This document shows, in pieces, positions 31,211 through 45,943 of a stretch of DNA of 64,000 nt. The notes under the pieces are model-generated. The model did not search any database and had not been told where the DNA came from. It saw nothing but the letters and a program-made list of their open reading frames with translations. The stretch spans positions 1 to 64,000 of the forward strand of contig MCFH01000043.1 in the NCBI GenBank assembly GCA_002104945.1, written 5' to 3'. The stretch comes from Piromyces finnis finn. Its lineage: Eukaryota; Fungi; Neocallimastigomycota. A program made the position numbers and the translations under genes. How positions within the stretch are numbered: position 1 is the stretch's first letter; each line of letters opens with the position of its first letter.

Positions 31211-31987
31211 AATATTAGAAAGAATTTTAGAACATGGTATACAGAAAAGTTTAATTACCAAATCACATGTTTTTTATTAAATATTTATGAAGTAAAGTCT
31301 AGTTTTTTATATTAAAAAATAAATAGTAACAACAATAATTGAGATACCAAATAATAATATTAGTATTTATATACTAATCATTAATTATATATATAATGTG
31401 GTATAGTGTTTTTTATTGATGAAATATTTTTAATAAAAGTACTCATATTATTTTGATTTCATAATAAATAATAATTATTTACTTTTAACTTTTTTTTTTT
31501 AATAATATTTGTATAAATAAAATTGATTAAGAAATTTTATTAAACTCATAATCAAAATTAATATTTATATTTTATAATATTAATTTTTAATTACAGATTA
31601 ATTTTATATAACATATACCCGATTTTATTACTGGTGCTTACTTTGTATATTGAATAGTAAAGTAATAATGAAATATTATTTATATTATAATAAATATTAT
31701 GTTCATTCTTATTTAATGCTAATCCTAAAAATTATTTTTAATTTAAATAATTTTGAAATATATATTTGTTAATTTTTAAATTCTTACTTTATATTAAATG
31801 AAATTATTGAAACAAAGTTAAAATATCAATATATATTAGTAATTTCCTAACAGGGGATATTTTAAAACATAAAATTAAACATATATAATTAAGTAAACAG
31901 AAATAAATTAATTTATATAATCAAAATTATTAATTACTATCTTTTGAATAGTTCATATATTTGAATAATCAAAGAGGGAATTTTAAA

Positions 31988-32632
31988 ATGTCGATTAATT
32001 CTGAGACAATTAGTAATAATTCCAACCAAAATAATAGCAGCTCAATTAATGATAATATGAATATTAGAAATAATAATGAAACAGATTCGTTTAATAACCT
32101 TTTTTATTATTCTGGATATCCAAATATAGCTTATCCCAGTCCGTTATTGTTTTCAATTCCACATGTATATACAAGTAATTTTATTCCTAATAATAATAAT
32201 GAATTTTATAGTAATGTAAAAAATGAATTTTCATTTCGAAGTGGCAATTATGAAAATAAGGATAAAAATAATTCAGAAAACAATCTGGAGAAGTCAAGGA
32301 ATGATGCAAGAAAAAATATAGTAAATGAATCAGATACAGAAAAGTCAATTCATTCTAATAAACCTGGTATTAATGATTTTGAAAAAGTAATGAATACCAG
32401 TGTAACTTTTAGAAGCAATAATGATTTTATAGACGATTTAAGGAATTTATTGAAAGAAAAACAAAAAGAATTAAATGATATAGTAAAATATAAAGGTTTT
32501 GTGGAAAAAGAATTAGTTAATTTAGAAAATGTTATCGGTAAAGTAGAAAAGGCTTCTGCCAATAAAAATATTATTTCAAGTCAATCATCAATAGAAAATA
32601 AAGAAAATGTAATAGATGCCAATTTTAATAAC

Positions 32633-32681
<49 letters not shown>

Positions 32682-35600
32682 CAAACCAAAAAGCTAAAAA
32701 TCAAAACAAAGATAGTATTATTTCTTCGGAATTAGAGTCAAATCTTAAAATAGTCAATAATGATGATAAAGATAATAGTGGATTGAATTCAGGAATACCT
32801 AATAAAAACGATGTAATTGAAAAAGAAAATAATAAAGAATTAGACAAAACAATTAAAATTACAGATTTAAATACGAAAAATGTCGAAGAAACAGCAAATA
32901 CTAATATTATCGTTGATAATAAAGATAATACTAATAATGTGAGTCCAGGAATATCTAATGAGAATAATGTCATTAGGAAAGAGATAAATAAAGAATTGGA
33001 AGGAAAAACGAATAAAAATACTGATTTAAATACAAAAAATACTAAAAATAGTGGAGAAACAATAGATCTTAAAGTAATTGATAATAATAAAGATAATAGT
33101 AATAAATTAAATTCAGAAATATCAAATAAAGATAATAATGATAAATTAAATTCAGAAATATCAAATAAAGATGAAAATGATATTATTAGAAAAGAGAAAA
33201 GTAAAGAGGTAGAAGAAGAAACAATTAAAAATACAGGTTTAAATACAAAAAATAATGGAAAGACAATTACTCATGTACATAATAAAGATGATGTTAAATT
33301 GTCTAATCTTGCTACAAATGCTAATGCTAATGATAAAGATAAAAATAATTTGGTAAAAAATACTTATAATAATCAAAAGAATATAGAAAAGCAAGATATA
33401 TTAAGTAAATCGAAAATTAGTAATAGATATGAACAAGTATTAAAAGAATTAGTTAAAAAATCAGTAGAAACTAAAAAAAGTCAACCTTTATTGGTTGATG
33501 AAGCAAAAGAAGAAATGATTAGAAATTTAAAAATTTTATCAAATAAGTTATTTCAAAGTCGAAAAAGAAAAGGTCATAATAGTAATGACCATTTATTTTC
33601 CGATGAGTCACTATCATTAAAGTCAATATTAGAATTGAAATCAAAAACAAATATTTCTTCTTCGTCAAAGGAAGTACATATTTCTAATAAGGAGTTGGGT
33701 AAAGATTCACATTCAAATTCAAATAAAGAAAAATATACAAACGAGCTGCCTGTAACAGAAAGTCAAATCGACAAATCAATACTATCCAAAAACCAATATA
33801 ATATAAACTTTTCTAATAAAGAATCACCAAATATTCATCAAATAAAAGATAATTCTATTAATAAGATATCTGAGAAGGTAAGACAAAAACAAAAAAATAT
33901 GAATAATACTAAGAATAAAGAAACATCATCATCAAAATTATCATCTAATAAAATCAACAAGAAATCTTTAACTAAGTCAATAGCACAATCTGAAACAGCA
34001 ACAAATAAAGAAAATGTAAACGTAATCGATAAATCAACAATACAGTCAGAAAAAGAAGAGGCTGTGAAAGAAAAATTAACATCAACATTACAATCAAAAA
34101 CAATTCAAGAAAAATCAACAAGACAACCAAAAACAGTAACGAAAGAAAAAATAGTACCAGGAAGACTAATAGAAAATCATGAAACTACAAAAGAAGCGGA
34201 AACTGTACCTGAGAGATCGGCAATAAATCAAATATTATTATTAAAATTTGATAAATTGCAACAAAAAGATAGTGTGTTAACCCAAAACAATAAGCCTTTG
34301 TTAGATAATACATTAACAAACTTAAGGCATAATATATTACATCAACCATTAAATGTACAATCAAATGTTTGTGAAGGTAATTCAAATATAATATTTAATA
34401 ATAATGTGTCGAATTCTAATTCCAACCATGCAACCAATATTGATAATATAAATATAATAATGCCTGATATTTCAACATCATGTTCAAATCCTATAATAAA
34501 TAATATTTCTTCAGCAAATATTATTCAAAATAATAATCCCATAATTCCAAATACGAATTCTTCATTAAGTAACATTTTACAAATTAATTCAAACTCACCT
34601 ATAAATAATAAATTATCGTATAATGAAGATATAATGTTATATGATAATATAAATTCACCAAGCTTACATGATAATTTAAGCTATTTATCATCCACACCTA
34701 TAAATAATTCAATAATTTCACCTCTCTCATGTTATTCATCATCTCCTATAGCAATTAATATGAAAGATATACTACCTAATATATCAGATTCAAGTCCAAA
34801 TTTGCAATCTACTTCTGCAGACCCTAATATTAAAGAAACAAATACCATTACATCCTCTAATATTTCGTTTAATAGTCAATTAAGTAAATCATCCATAAAT
34901 CATCCAATTTTATCTGAAGTTTCTACCTTTAATAGTAATAATAATATTTCTAATCATTTAAATGATTCAATATTGAACAATGAATGTACAGATAAACAAG
35001 ATAAATCGATAAATAATAATCTACATCTTTCGTTTAATGTTGATAATGATAATCATAATTTACTAATTGACTCAACTGGTAATAACAAAATAGTTAATAA
35101 TGGCAATATTAATAAATTCATTAATATTGATTATATTAACAAAAATATTAATAAAATTTATATAGATGGATTTAATAATGAAAATATTTCTGATTTTAAT
35201 GGCAATCAAGTAGAGCAAATGATTAATGAATTTAATAAAAATTATTACAGTGAATATGGAATTCAAGGTAAGATTTTATATTGAGGCTTATATATTTATT
35301 TATTTATCTTATTTTAATTTTAATATAATTTTTTAAAAGTAAATCTAGAAGAAATTAAATAATAACTATATTTTTTCATAAAAAATTAATCATTTTAATA
35401 AAAGATATAGATAGTAGTAATTTATCAATTACTGAAGAAACATCCTTCGAAAAAGATCGTTTAAAAGAAAGTGAAAATAATATTTTAAGTCAATTTTTGC
35501 AATTTGATTCAGATGGAAATATTTCTAAGATTACTAATAATGAAAATAATATTATTGACGGTTTCAGTAGTAATAAAACAAAGGATTCTATACATCAACA

Positions 35601-38600
35601 AGATGTATTAAATGAAACCGATAAAACAAACAAAAAATTAACAAATGACATGAATCATGTTGATGATGGTAAATTAAATAATAATGAAAATGTTAATACA
35701 GGTAAATCCAAAAAAGAAAAAGCTAAGAAATCAAATAAATTAAAAAAAGACAAAGAGACTAAGGATAATGTAAAATCTCAGGAGAAGGTGTTAAATATGA
35801 AAAATAATAGTAATGAAAAAGTTGTAAATAATTCAGCTTCATCAAGCAACGAAATGAAAAAGAAAGAAAATGAAAAATCGCTAGATAATAATAAAATAGA
35901 AAATAATAATTCCTTAATCAAAGATAAACAAAAAATTGTTACTAATAATAATGTAGAAATAAATAATCCAAATAATGCGAATAAAATTAAAAACATTAAT
36001 TCAGAAAAAGACCATACGACTAAAGAAAATAATAATATTACTGTTGATAGAGGTATTATTTAATATATATTTAGAGTATTTAAAATATAATTATTTAGAA
36101 AAGTTTATTAATTTTTAATAATATTAATATTATATTCATTTTTTATAATAGATGAAAAAGTAAATAAAGTTATGAATGAAATAAGCAATAAAGATAATAA
36201 TGATGAAAATCAAATAATAAATAAAGAAAATAATGAAGAATTAAATAAAAGGAATGAAAATAATTCTGTTGAAAATAATAGTGGAAAAATTGAGCAAAAT
36301 AATAATGAAAAGAAAAATGTCAATATTCCTTGTAGTATAAATAAAAATGAAAAGATAAATGTAAGCGATGTTAAGAATAAAAAGGAAAGTATAATAAATA
36401 CAGCAAAAGAAGATAGAGAAACTGAAGAAAAAGGGAAAACAAAAGAAGAAACGAAGAAACAAAACAAAATTACTTCATCTAATTCAAAAAATAAACATGG
36501 AGAAAAATGTGATGTTTTAAATGCTCCTGATATTAGTGCCAATAATGAAAAAGGAGAACATAAAAATGATGATAAAAATGAAAATATAAGTGTTACTAAA
36601 AATAATATTGATCAAGTTAAAAGAAAAATTAATGAAAAGGAAAATGTTAATAATGAAATAAGTAGTGAGAATAAGGAAGAAGAGAAAGAAAGTATAAATA
36701 ATGAAGAAATTAATAAGATTAATGAAAAAGAGAAAAAAAGTATAAATAGTGTAAAAATTGATGAAGGTAAAGAAAAAGAGGAAAAAAACATAAACAATGA
36801 AAAAGATAACAAAGTCAACGAAAAGGTAAAAGAAAATAAGGATAGTGAAAAGGATAAAAAAGGTAAAGAAAAAGAAAATATAAATAATGAAAAAAATAAC
36901 AAAGTCAATGAAAAGGTAAAAGAAAGTAAAGATAGTGAAAAGGATAGCAAAGATGAAGAAAAAGAGAAAGAAAATATAACTAATGAGGAAAATACCAAAA
37001 TCAAAGAAAAGAAGAAAGAAAATGCAAATAGTGAAAAAGATAACAAAGTTAAAGAAAAAGAAAGTGTAAATAGTGAAAAAGATAACAAAGTTAAAGAAAA
37101 AGAGAAAGAGGCTATAAATAAAAATGATAATAATAAAAATAATAATAAAAATGATGCTAAAGAAAATATAGATAAAATAAAGAAAGATAAAGATCAGCAA
37201 CATGCAATTATCAAAGAGAATAAATCAAAAACAGTAGAAGACGAAAAACGAGATAATTTAAATAAAGAATTTGAAGTTTTAGAACGTAAAGAGATATTAA
37301 AAGAATTAGATATAACAAAATCAAATGTTAATAATAAAGAATTAAGGGTAAAGAAAACAAATAAAATAAATAAACAAGAGGAAATGTTAAATAACATATT
37401 AAGTAATGATAATATTATTACTATAAATGATTTAAAAACCAAAAAAACAATTGATGAAAATGTAACAGATCCAGAAAATAAATTGGAAAATATTGCTTCT
37501 AATGATGAGAATAATTTGAATAACACCACAATGAATAAAAATGACAGCAAAGATTTAAATAATGTAATAATAAATAGAGAAATTAACAAAGATCTAAGCG
37601 ACGTAACAACAAATGAAGAAAATAACTTAAGTAATAATACTAATAATAATAAAGATAATAGTAAAGTAAATGAAATTAATGGTGGTTTACAACATGAATT
37701 GAATACACATGAAAATTATAATATATTATCGTCAAATAATCCAATAAGTACTGGAGTTCAAGAAAATGAAGTATTAAATAATGAAACTTCAGTAGAGACT
37801 AGCTATTCTGATTATGAAAGTAATAAAAGAAAATATGATACTGAGAATGAAAATGAGAATAATTCCATTAATAGTAGTTACAAGAAAAGAAGAAAAGACA
37901 TAAATACTGAAAGTACCGTTTCAGATAATTCTGATATGGAAAATGAGAACACTGACATTAAGAAAGTGATTAATATTATTGTTCCTAATAAAGAAGAAAT
38001 AGAAAAATTAGATTCCTCATTTTATTATATTTGTGAAAGAAAAAGAAAAGGTCTTGATCTAGAAAACTTTTCAAAACTTACAAATTGCTTTGAACGTTGT
38101 AAAAAGATTCTTCTAGAGCAAGTACCATTACTCCATATTAATGGTTCAATCTCTGAATTGGCTAGTTCAATCAATTCTTTACAATCTGATATTAAAAACA
38201 ACAAAATTCGCGGTTTGAAAATTGCATTGAATAATCTATATGAAAAATTAACCAAAAATAAAAAGAACGAAAATACTTTTATTAATCAAGAACAATCATT
38301 GAATAAATGTCTTAATGGAATTAGTGTGAGCGATGAACAAATAAAAAATATAACTAAATATATTAATATAAATTATAGTAGTACTGTTAGAAAATTTTCT
38401 CATAAATATTTGAAAAATGAACAGAGTGCAATTATCAATTTAATCACTATTCTTGAGGATAAATGTAAATATCATAATCCTACAAGAAAAAACTCTCTCA
38501 AAAGACTGTACAATAGAATTCAGACTTATTATATTAATAATGCAAACTATATTAATATGTTTAAACAGTATAAAAAATTAGAAGAACAACGTCGTAAGGT

Positions 38601-41049
38601 AGATAAAAAGAAGATAGAACTTGAGAATGCAATAGATAATATATTGAAACTTTCAAACTCTTTAATGGAAATAGAAAATGATTTTAAAGAATTCAATTTA
38701 ATATACAAAAATAAGAAAGAGGAACTCGAATTTGTTCGTTATTTGGATAGTTTATTTATTAAATCGAGAATTGATGTTTATAGTAAAATCAATTGGATTC
38801 ATCAAAGTTCCATTAAAATTAAAAAAATAGAAGAAAATTTAAATATTATAAATGATGAAATGATAAAAATTGAAGAACTTAAAAATATTATTCAAAAAGA
38901 TTATAATGAAAATGAAAATATAAATCTAAGTAAAGAATACATGGATAGTATTCAAAAAAATATTGAAAATCAATATCTTTTCAATGTGTCAAAAATAAGT
39001 AAATTGAAAAAGAAGGTTCGTCAAATTCAAGCTGTATTGCATGAACGTTTTGAAGAACCAGAAATCAACGAATCAATAATAAAGCCAAACAAGAAAAAAG
39101 TCAAAGTGATTGATATTCCAGAGCCAGATGAAAAGGAACTTCAAGATATTAATAATAATGATATTATAGTCATTGGAGATGAAGATGGATACAATGGCTC
39201 AAAAGCAATAAGAAAAAGAAGAGAAAGAATGGGTGAAAATGAAGATAATGATATTATCATTATTGATGGTGATTCTTCACGTCGCAATCCTCGTCATGGA
39301 TCCTCTTCAAGCTCTTTCAATGAAGAAATTGTTATTAATGATCCTAATGGAGAGAGTTCAGATGAGAATATGATACCAAGAATTAGAATTCCTAATCATA
39401 CAATAGAAATTATCATTGATGAGGATGCTTTAGCGAGAAAAATAAAGCAGGGAATGGCAATAGATTTTAATTTATCTAATCCATTTGATGATGAAGATAG
39501 AAAAAGTAAGGAAGAGGCTTCAGTTAATAATAAGTTAATTGATTCTTCTTTTGATGAAGAAGAAAGTAGTTCAAAAGAGGATGAAATTGAAAAGACACTT
39601 TCATATAACAGTCATGATTCTTCTGCAAATGAAAATGAAATAAGACAAGAAAAGAGATCAAATATTAATCAGGATGTTGATGAAGAATCAGTTGGAAATA
39701 AAGAAATAGAAATAAATTCTAAAACGGATACGCCAAGATTAAATGAAATCAATGAGGAAGAAAGCGATGATTTTATTACTTTTTCTGACTTGGAATTGTC
39801 AGATTCTCTTTATACCAATGACGAAATTGATAATATTATACGAGAGAAGAGAAGAAGTTTACAATTTAACCAAGAAATAGAGAAAGATGATCAATCCATA
39901 GATAAACTCAATTCAAATAATTCTAATTTGGAAAAAAGTCCTAAGAAAACGCATCATTCTTCTGAGAGTTATCATGAATCCAGAGGAGATATTAACGGAC
40001 ATAAACAGAAAGAGGATATTAATTTTAAGGGTGGAACTATATCTCCACATTCTAAAGAAAAAGGAATATCTTTTTCAACATTAGAGAATATAACAAATGA
40101 TGATAATATTAAAAATGGTTATAAAGAATTAAATGGACGAATTAATCATATTATTCATGAAAAATGTACTATGGAAGAGTCAGCAATTAATAAGGGTGAT
40201 TCTATTTCGGAAACTGAAAAAGAAATAAAAAAAAGAAAAATAGCTGAAGCTGAGGAGAAAGATCAAACAAAAAAAGCCAAAGAAAAGAGTAAAACAGAGC
40301 AAGAAAAAAAGATAAAAAAAAAGAAAACAAAAGCAGAAATTAATGAAGTTGGTATGATGAAAGACAAAGAGATAGAGGAAAAAGAAGGAGAAAAGAAACA
40401 AGAAATTACAGATAAATATCTTGACGTTGTATCAAAAGAGAAAGAATCCAATCCATCTGTTGTGAATGAAACTTTACCCGACGCCGAAGATAAGGAAAAA
40501 GTAAAAAAGAAGCCAAAAGAGAAAAAAAGTAAAGAAGAACAGACAAAAAAATCAAGAGGTAATACAAAGAAAAATGAACATCAAAGTAAAACCAGAAAAA
40601 AGAAAGCCACTAATACAAAACAAGAAAACAAGACTCCTTACCAGGTCAAAGAAGAAAGTCTTATGAAGGAAAATAAAGGAAAAGGCGAAACTAATAAAGA
40701 TAATACTAAAGAAATAAATTCAACTTTGTCTATGAATGAAAGTTTGAATCCATCAACCACCAAAGATAATCAGAAAAAGAAAAAAAAGGCATCCAATTTA
40801 AATCATCCTTCATCTAAAATTATAGCTCCTCCTCCTCCTCCAATCTCATCTACGAATTCTCATAGTAAAGAATTAAACAAAGCCCACCAAAAAGAGAATA
40901 AAACGAAAGATCATGATCAATCAACCAAAACAATAAAGGGTCCCCATATATCTAATTCATTAACAAATAGTAAAAGTCATAAAAGAAAAAGTAACCCAAA
41001 ACAATCTTCAAACCCCCAAGCTAAAAAACATAAAACAACTAAATCATAA
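31988..41049 (+). CDS. Very large (~2940 aa) N/K/E/S-rich low-complexity protein with a central coiled-coil/helical region; no recognised domain
   Basis: Three same-strand ORFs are joined by short phase-1 GT-AG introns: exons 31988-35267, 35405-36052, 36152-41049 (8826 nt, divisible by 3). The middle acceptor could alternatively be 35411. Confidence 0.75.
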
Positions 41050-41373
41050 TTTTCCCCCTTTCTTTAATTATTTCAATCTCTTTAATTTTATATTAAATCT
41101 ATTATTATAGAGTTTTTAATTCTTTATTTATTATTAAAAATATAATTTTTTATATATATTTCCTTTTCCCCTTTTATTTTATATAAACTTTTAATTTTTA
41201 TAAAGATTATTATAAATAATAAGAATAAAATTCATATTATTTCTTTTATATCTATATTAATAAAATAAATAAATCAAAAATATTCTATTATTAATAAAAA
41301 AAACACAAAAATAAGATTTTTATAAATTATTTTTTTTTTTTTTTTATTAATTTATTTTTTTTTTCTCCCCTTT

Positions 41374-42555
41374 TTAGAACATAAATATAGCATAGAGAAT
41401 AAATAATACCAAGGCAAGACCACCTGGTGATGCAAATATATTTTCTTCTAATGATTTTGTACTAAATGTAACATGATTCAAAAAGTTAATATCTATATCT
41501 TTACTTTTGGTTTTATTTACATAAAATAGAGGATCATCTAATTTTCCATTTTCATTTTTGCTTTTTGTGGATAATTCATTTTTTGAATAATTTTCTTTTT
41601 CTAAAACGTTCCTTTCCAAAATTGTTTTAGAATTTCTTTCAACTATAGTTTGTTTGGATACTGGCGAATTTATTGAAATATTATTTTTATTTATATTTAT
41701 TCCATTTTTTAAAGATGAATAATGAAGATGAGAAATATATTTATTTTCTTTATTTTTATTTTCATATTTTGTTTCTCTACTGGAAATTAATTCCAATTTG
41801 GATGCTTTGGATTTGCATGAATCAAACTGTATTTCTGCTTTATTTTTCTGAAAATATTTTAAACAGTAAAGACAAATTTTTGGTATAGAAGAATTCTTTT
41901 GTTTAAAATTCCTTTGTTCTTTAGCTTTACTATTTTTTATAAATTTAGAATTTATGCAAATTTTTGTTTCATGAATTGAATAGAAATCTTCAATTAATTG
42001 GGTATAATTAAAATTAAAATTTATTAAAGTTTGGGTTGTTGAAGCTTGTAATTGTTTTAATGTTTTCTTTAGTTTTTTATTTATAGTATTTAATTTTTTT
42101 AGAATTCTATTTTTTTGCTTCAAATAATAGGTATTATTGTCTTGTTCAATAGACAATGATAATAATGATAAAGTTCCTGTATTTTTTTCATTTTTACACA
42201 TTTCTAATGGAATTATATTATCTTGATTTGATTTATGATAATTTACTAATTGACTAGAAGAAGAAGAAGTCATGTATTCAGTATCTTTTGGAATATTTAG
42301 CAATATAAAATCTGGGTTATCTATAACGGGGGTTGCTGTGGTATAATGTTTTATTACATTATCATTTTTATTATAATATATTGCTAAGTTAACTGTGATG
42401 AAAAATAATATTATTAAGAAACCTATAAAATTTTCGTGTGTTTTAACATAATAAATTAATGAATTATTAGCATTTCCAATGTTTTTATTATTTATCATAT
42501 TTTCAATTTTATTTATTACCTCGTATAAGAAGCTTGGATGAAAAATACCCCACAT
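41374..42555 (-). CDS. Hypothetical 393-aa protein with one N-proximal and one C-terminal hydrophobic segment
   Basis: The ATG is the reverse complement of CAT at 42553-42555 and the stop is that of TTA at 41374-41376, so the ORF is on the minus strand (mislabelled + in the track). TM-like segments FIGFLIILFFITVNLAIYY and GGLALVLFILYAIFMF. Confidence 0.55.
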   Translation of the reverse strand: MWGIFHPSFLYEVINKIENMINNKNIGNANNSLIYYVKTHENFIGFLIILFFITVNLAIYYNKNDNVIKHYTTATPVIDNPDFILLNIPKDTEYMTSSSSSQLVNYHKSNQDNIIPLEMCKNEKNTGTLSLLSLSIEQDNNTYYLKQKNRILKKLNTINKKLKKTLKQLQASTTQTLINFNFNYTQLIEDFYSIHETKICINSKFIKNSKAKEQRNFKQKNSSIPKICLYCLKYFQKNKAEIQFDSCKSKASKLELISSRETKYENKNKENKYISHLHYSSLKNGININKNNISINSPVSKQTIVERNSKTILERNVLEKENYSKNELSTKSKNENGKLDDPLFYVNKTKSKDIDINFLNHVTFSTKSLEENIFASPGGLALVLFILYAIFMF

Positions 42556-44582
42556 TATTTAATACCATTTTATTTCTTTTTAATAAATATTATTTTAAAT
42601 GGTTATTACTCATAAATTTTAATCTATATGTAATTCAAGATGTATTTTGTTTTTCCTGTAAAATTATTATTATTCAATTTATGCTTCTAATGTTATATAA
42701 TATTTAATTGTAAATTTAAAAAATTAAATGCTTTTTTTTTTTTAATACTTAAATTATTAAAAAATTATAACTATTAACTTGACAAACTTTTTTAATATTA
42801 TTAAAATTAATAGGGATATATATTGGTAAAAGACACCTCTAAAAAAATAAAATAGTATTTTACATGAAGACAATTAAAATGTAGTTGTATATGTTGATTA
42901 TACATAGTTTTAATGATTTAAATTATTATTATTTTTTTTTAATAACTATGTTAATATACTACTATTGTATTTATTACTAATATACTATCAATCAATATTG
43001 CAATTGCATTAAATAAATTATTATCTTTATATGTAATATAATATATTTTCCATTTCTTTTAATTGTTTTAGAATATTACTTTTTAAGCCATGGAATAAAG
43101 AGTTTTACAATTATTTTCTAGTTAATGTAATAAATATATATTTACAATGATACTGACTTTTTAAATATTTTATTATTTATTGATTAATATTGATTTTTAT
43201 ATGCCCATGAAAAAAGAAAAAAAAAACTATCATTTCACTTCAATGGTATAAAATTAAGAATTTTATTAAATAAAGTTTATCTTAAAAACTATAAAAGTAA
43301 TTATATATTTTTTTAATTTATTATATAAAAAAAGTAATAATATTATGATTATATTATGATTTTAACTACCCTATATTTCCCCTCTCTTTAAAAACACTAC
43401 TTTAACTTATAAAAACAAAATTTCTAGTAGAAGGCATAATAAAATGAAAAAAAAATAATTGACTACTTTATTCTTTTTTATAAAAAAATTAGAAATAATA
43501 ACAACCTTTTTTTAAAAAAAAATAATAATATATAAAATATAGAACAAATTATTTAATACATTACATCAACATATTTTGAATTATTAAGCCAATGTAATTT
43601 CATTAGTAATAAAAGAAACAATACATCAATACATTATTAAATAAAAATATAATATAAAATTATTAATATATTTTAATTTATTGTAATATACATAAATTGT
43701 AATTGTTTCATCATTAATAAAGGAAAAAAAGGATAAAAAAATTAATAAATTGTATAATCATAGTTTTAATATTTTTATTGGGCATATTTTTTTTTAAAAA
43801 ACCAAAATTAAATCAATATATATCAATTGTAAATATATTAGAGTATAATCAATTTAAAATTAAATAATTTAATTTAATGAATTGACTTGTATATTATTTA
43901 ATTATGAGAATATAAAGTACAAAAAGTTTTATATAAAAAAATCTTATTTTAAAACGAATTGAATTATGTTATATGATAATCAATATATTAATATGAATGA
44001 ATGCTGTATAAACAATATATAATCATTTATTTTAATCTTAATATTTTTATTCGAGTTAAACTTTTTTGTTTGAGAGGTCAAAACACAAAAGAAATGCCAA
44101 TGTTTTAATATGAAAACGTCGTATCAAAAAAGAAAAAACAATGTGAAATAAGAAATTAACTCTATAATTTTACCTATATTTTATAATTATATCGTGAATA
44201 CAGGAAAGAATCTTAGAAAAATTTCTTTGTTTTTATTAAGTAATTGTCTTTTTTTTTTTTTTTTTTTGAAACAAAATAATTAATAATAGATGTAGTTGTT
44301 AAACGTGAATAATTTAACTTAAATTTAGAAATATGTAAATAGAATAGAATTATGTATTACTAATAAAATTAGTCATATAATATTCTCGTGTTAAATTATA
44401 CGCCACAATTCATAGCATAAATAGAAATTATGAACTATTTATGTACTTTGTAATTACCTTTTTATTAATAATATTAATAAATAAAGTTTATATTAATTCA
44501 AAATATTTTTCTGTAAATACATAATGTAAAATGTATTATCCTTAAATTATAAAACTTTTATTAATTGTGGTTTATTATATAA

Positions 44583-44730
44583 TAATAACCAAAAGAAATG
44601 AAATAATTTACTACATTGTTCTACAAAACATTTGTATCTACATTAATTTAATGAGCTTGTATTAAATATTGAAATATTGTGTGTATAGAAACAAGCTACA
44701 AGATATATAAGATAATTTTTATGTATTTTA
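44583..44730. repeat. Dispersed repeat, copy 1 (homologous to 58273-58442)
   Basis: Collinear shared blocks: ACCAAAAGAA, TACATTGTTCTACAAA, ATTAATTTAATG, TTGTATTAAATATT, TAGAA(A/T)CAAGC(T/C)ACAA, TATATAAGA, ATGTATTTTA. Confidence 0.75.
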
Positions 44731-45371
44731 TAATTTTTATATGATATATTAATTACATTAATTATTAATAAACCTTAAATATTATAAAACAAATACAATA
44801 TTTAAACACATAATTAATTTTTTTTTATTCTAAACAGTTAATCAATGTGTAAAATGTATATTATTTGTATTACAGTAATTATGATGAATTTAGATAAAAA
44901 AAACATATTATTAATGATTAATAATAAAGGATATATAGGAAAATATAAATCTTTTAAATATATTTTTATATTGGAAAATCTATTGTATATAATTGTATAT
45001 ATAATATATTAAAAGTATAATGAAGAATAATTAAACTAATACATAAATAACTTTAATTATTATATTTTATTTTATTATTGCTACTTTTAATCATTAAAAG
45101 ATTAAAAGTTCAACACTTGGAAACAATAATGTATCATTATGTATACATATCATATTTACTCAAAATTTAATGAATTTATTTTTATGTAACTACAAACTTG
45201 AATTTTAATATTAAGTATTTAAAATTTTTATTTATAATAAAAGATATATTAAAACCAAAATACTGGTTCTTTTTTTAATTTAGTAATGTTAGTTCTTTTT
45301 TCCATTTAGAAAAACGATATGGTAATGTTGATTTCTTTTCCATTTGGTAAAGGGAAATGTTAGTAATATTT

Positions 45372-45447
45372 AAATAATATTCAAATAATATTCAAATTAT
45401 ATTCAAATTATATTCAAATAATGTTTAAATAATGTTCAAATAATGTC
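45372..45447. repeat. 11-bp minisatellite, ~7 units (AAATAATATTC and variants)
   Basis: Units start at 45372, 45383, 45394, 45405, 45416, 45427 and 45438. Confidence 0.9.
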
Positions 45448-45943
45448 ATTTTTTCAAGACTAAATGAAAAAAATTTATTTAAAAATAATATATTTTTAAA
45501 TTTTCAATTCCAATAATATATTTTTAATTTTTTGTAATACTTTAAATTTTGAAATATATAAACACAATAAATTCGTATTTTTTTATTTTTCAAAAAAAAA
45601 AAATATATATATATATAATAATAAATAAATAAATAAACAAACAATCAAATAACCAAAACAAGCAAACAAAAAGAAAAAAAAAGGTTAATATTTTATAAAT
45701 AAGAAATAACAATAATAAAAATTATATATATATAAATAAAATGAGGAAGAATTTAGAAATAAACAAATATAGACATATTTTTATATTATTAATTAATGTT
45801 ATATTAACTAATGTTTTTAATATAATAATGAATGAAAATGAATATTTTTTTAGTATAAAATGTTATAAATGTTATAGTGATAAAGAATATATGCATATAG
45901 AAAATATATTAACAATAATTAATTTATAATAATTTCATAGAAA

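Noticed and set aside
36210-37589. Several F/I/L-rich minus-strand ORFs resembling membrane proteins
   Set aside because: Antisense shadows of the A-rich K/E/N-coding giant ORF.
45372-45447. Short repeat arrays as a possible CRISPR
   Set aside because: No unique spacers, eukaryotic context, and no cas genes.
45741-45929. 62-aa ORF with a signal-peptide-like stretch just upstream of Cys-rich paralogue A
   Set aside because: Only weak in-phase donors (GTTATA, GTTTTT), no equivalent upstream of paralogue B, and it falls inside a likely 5' UTR intron. Not fully excluded without transcripts.
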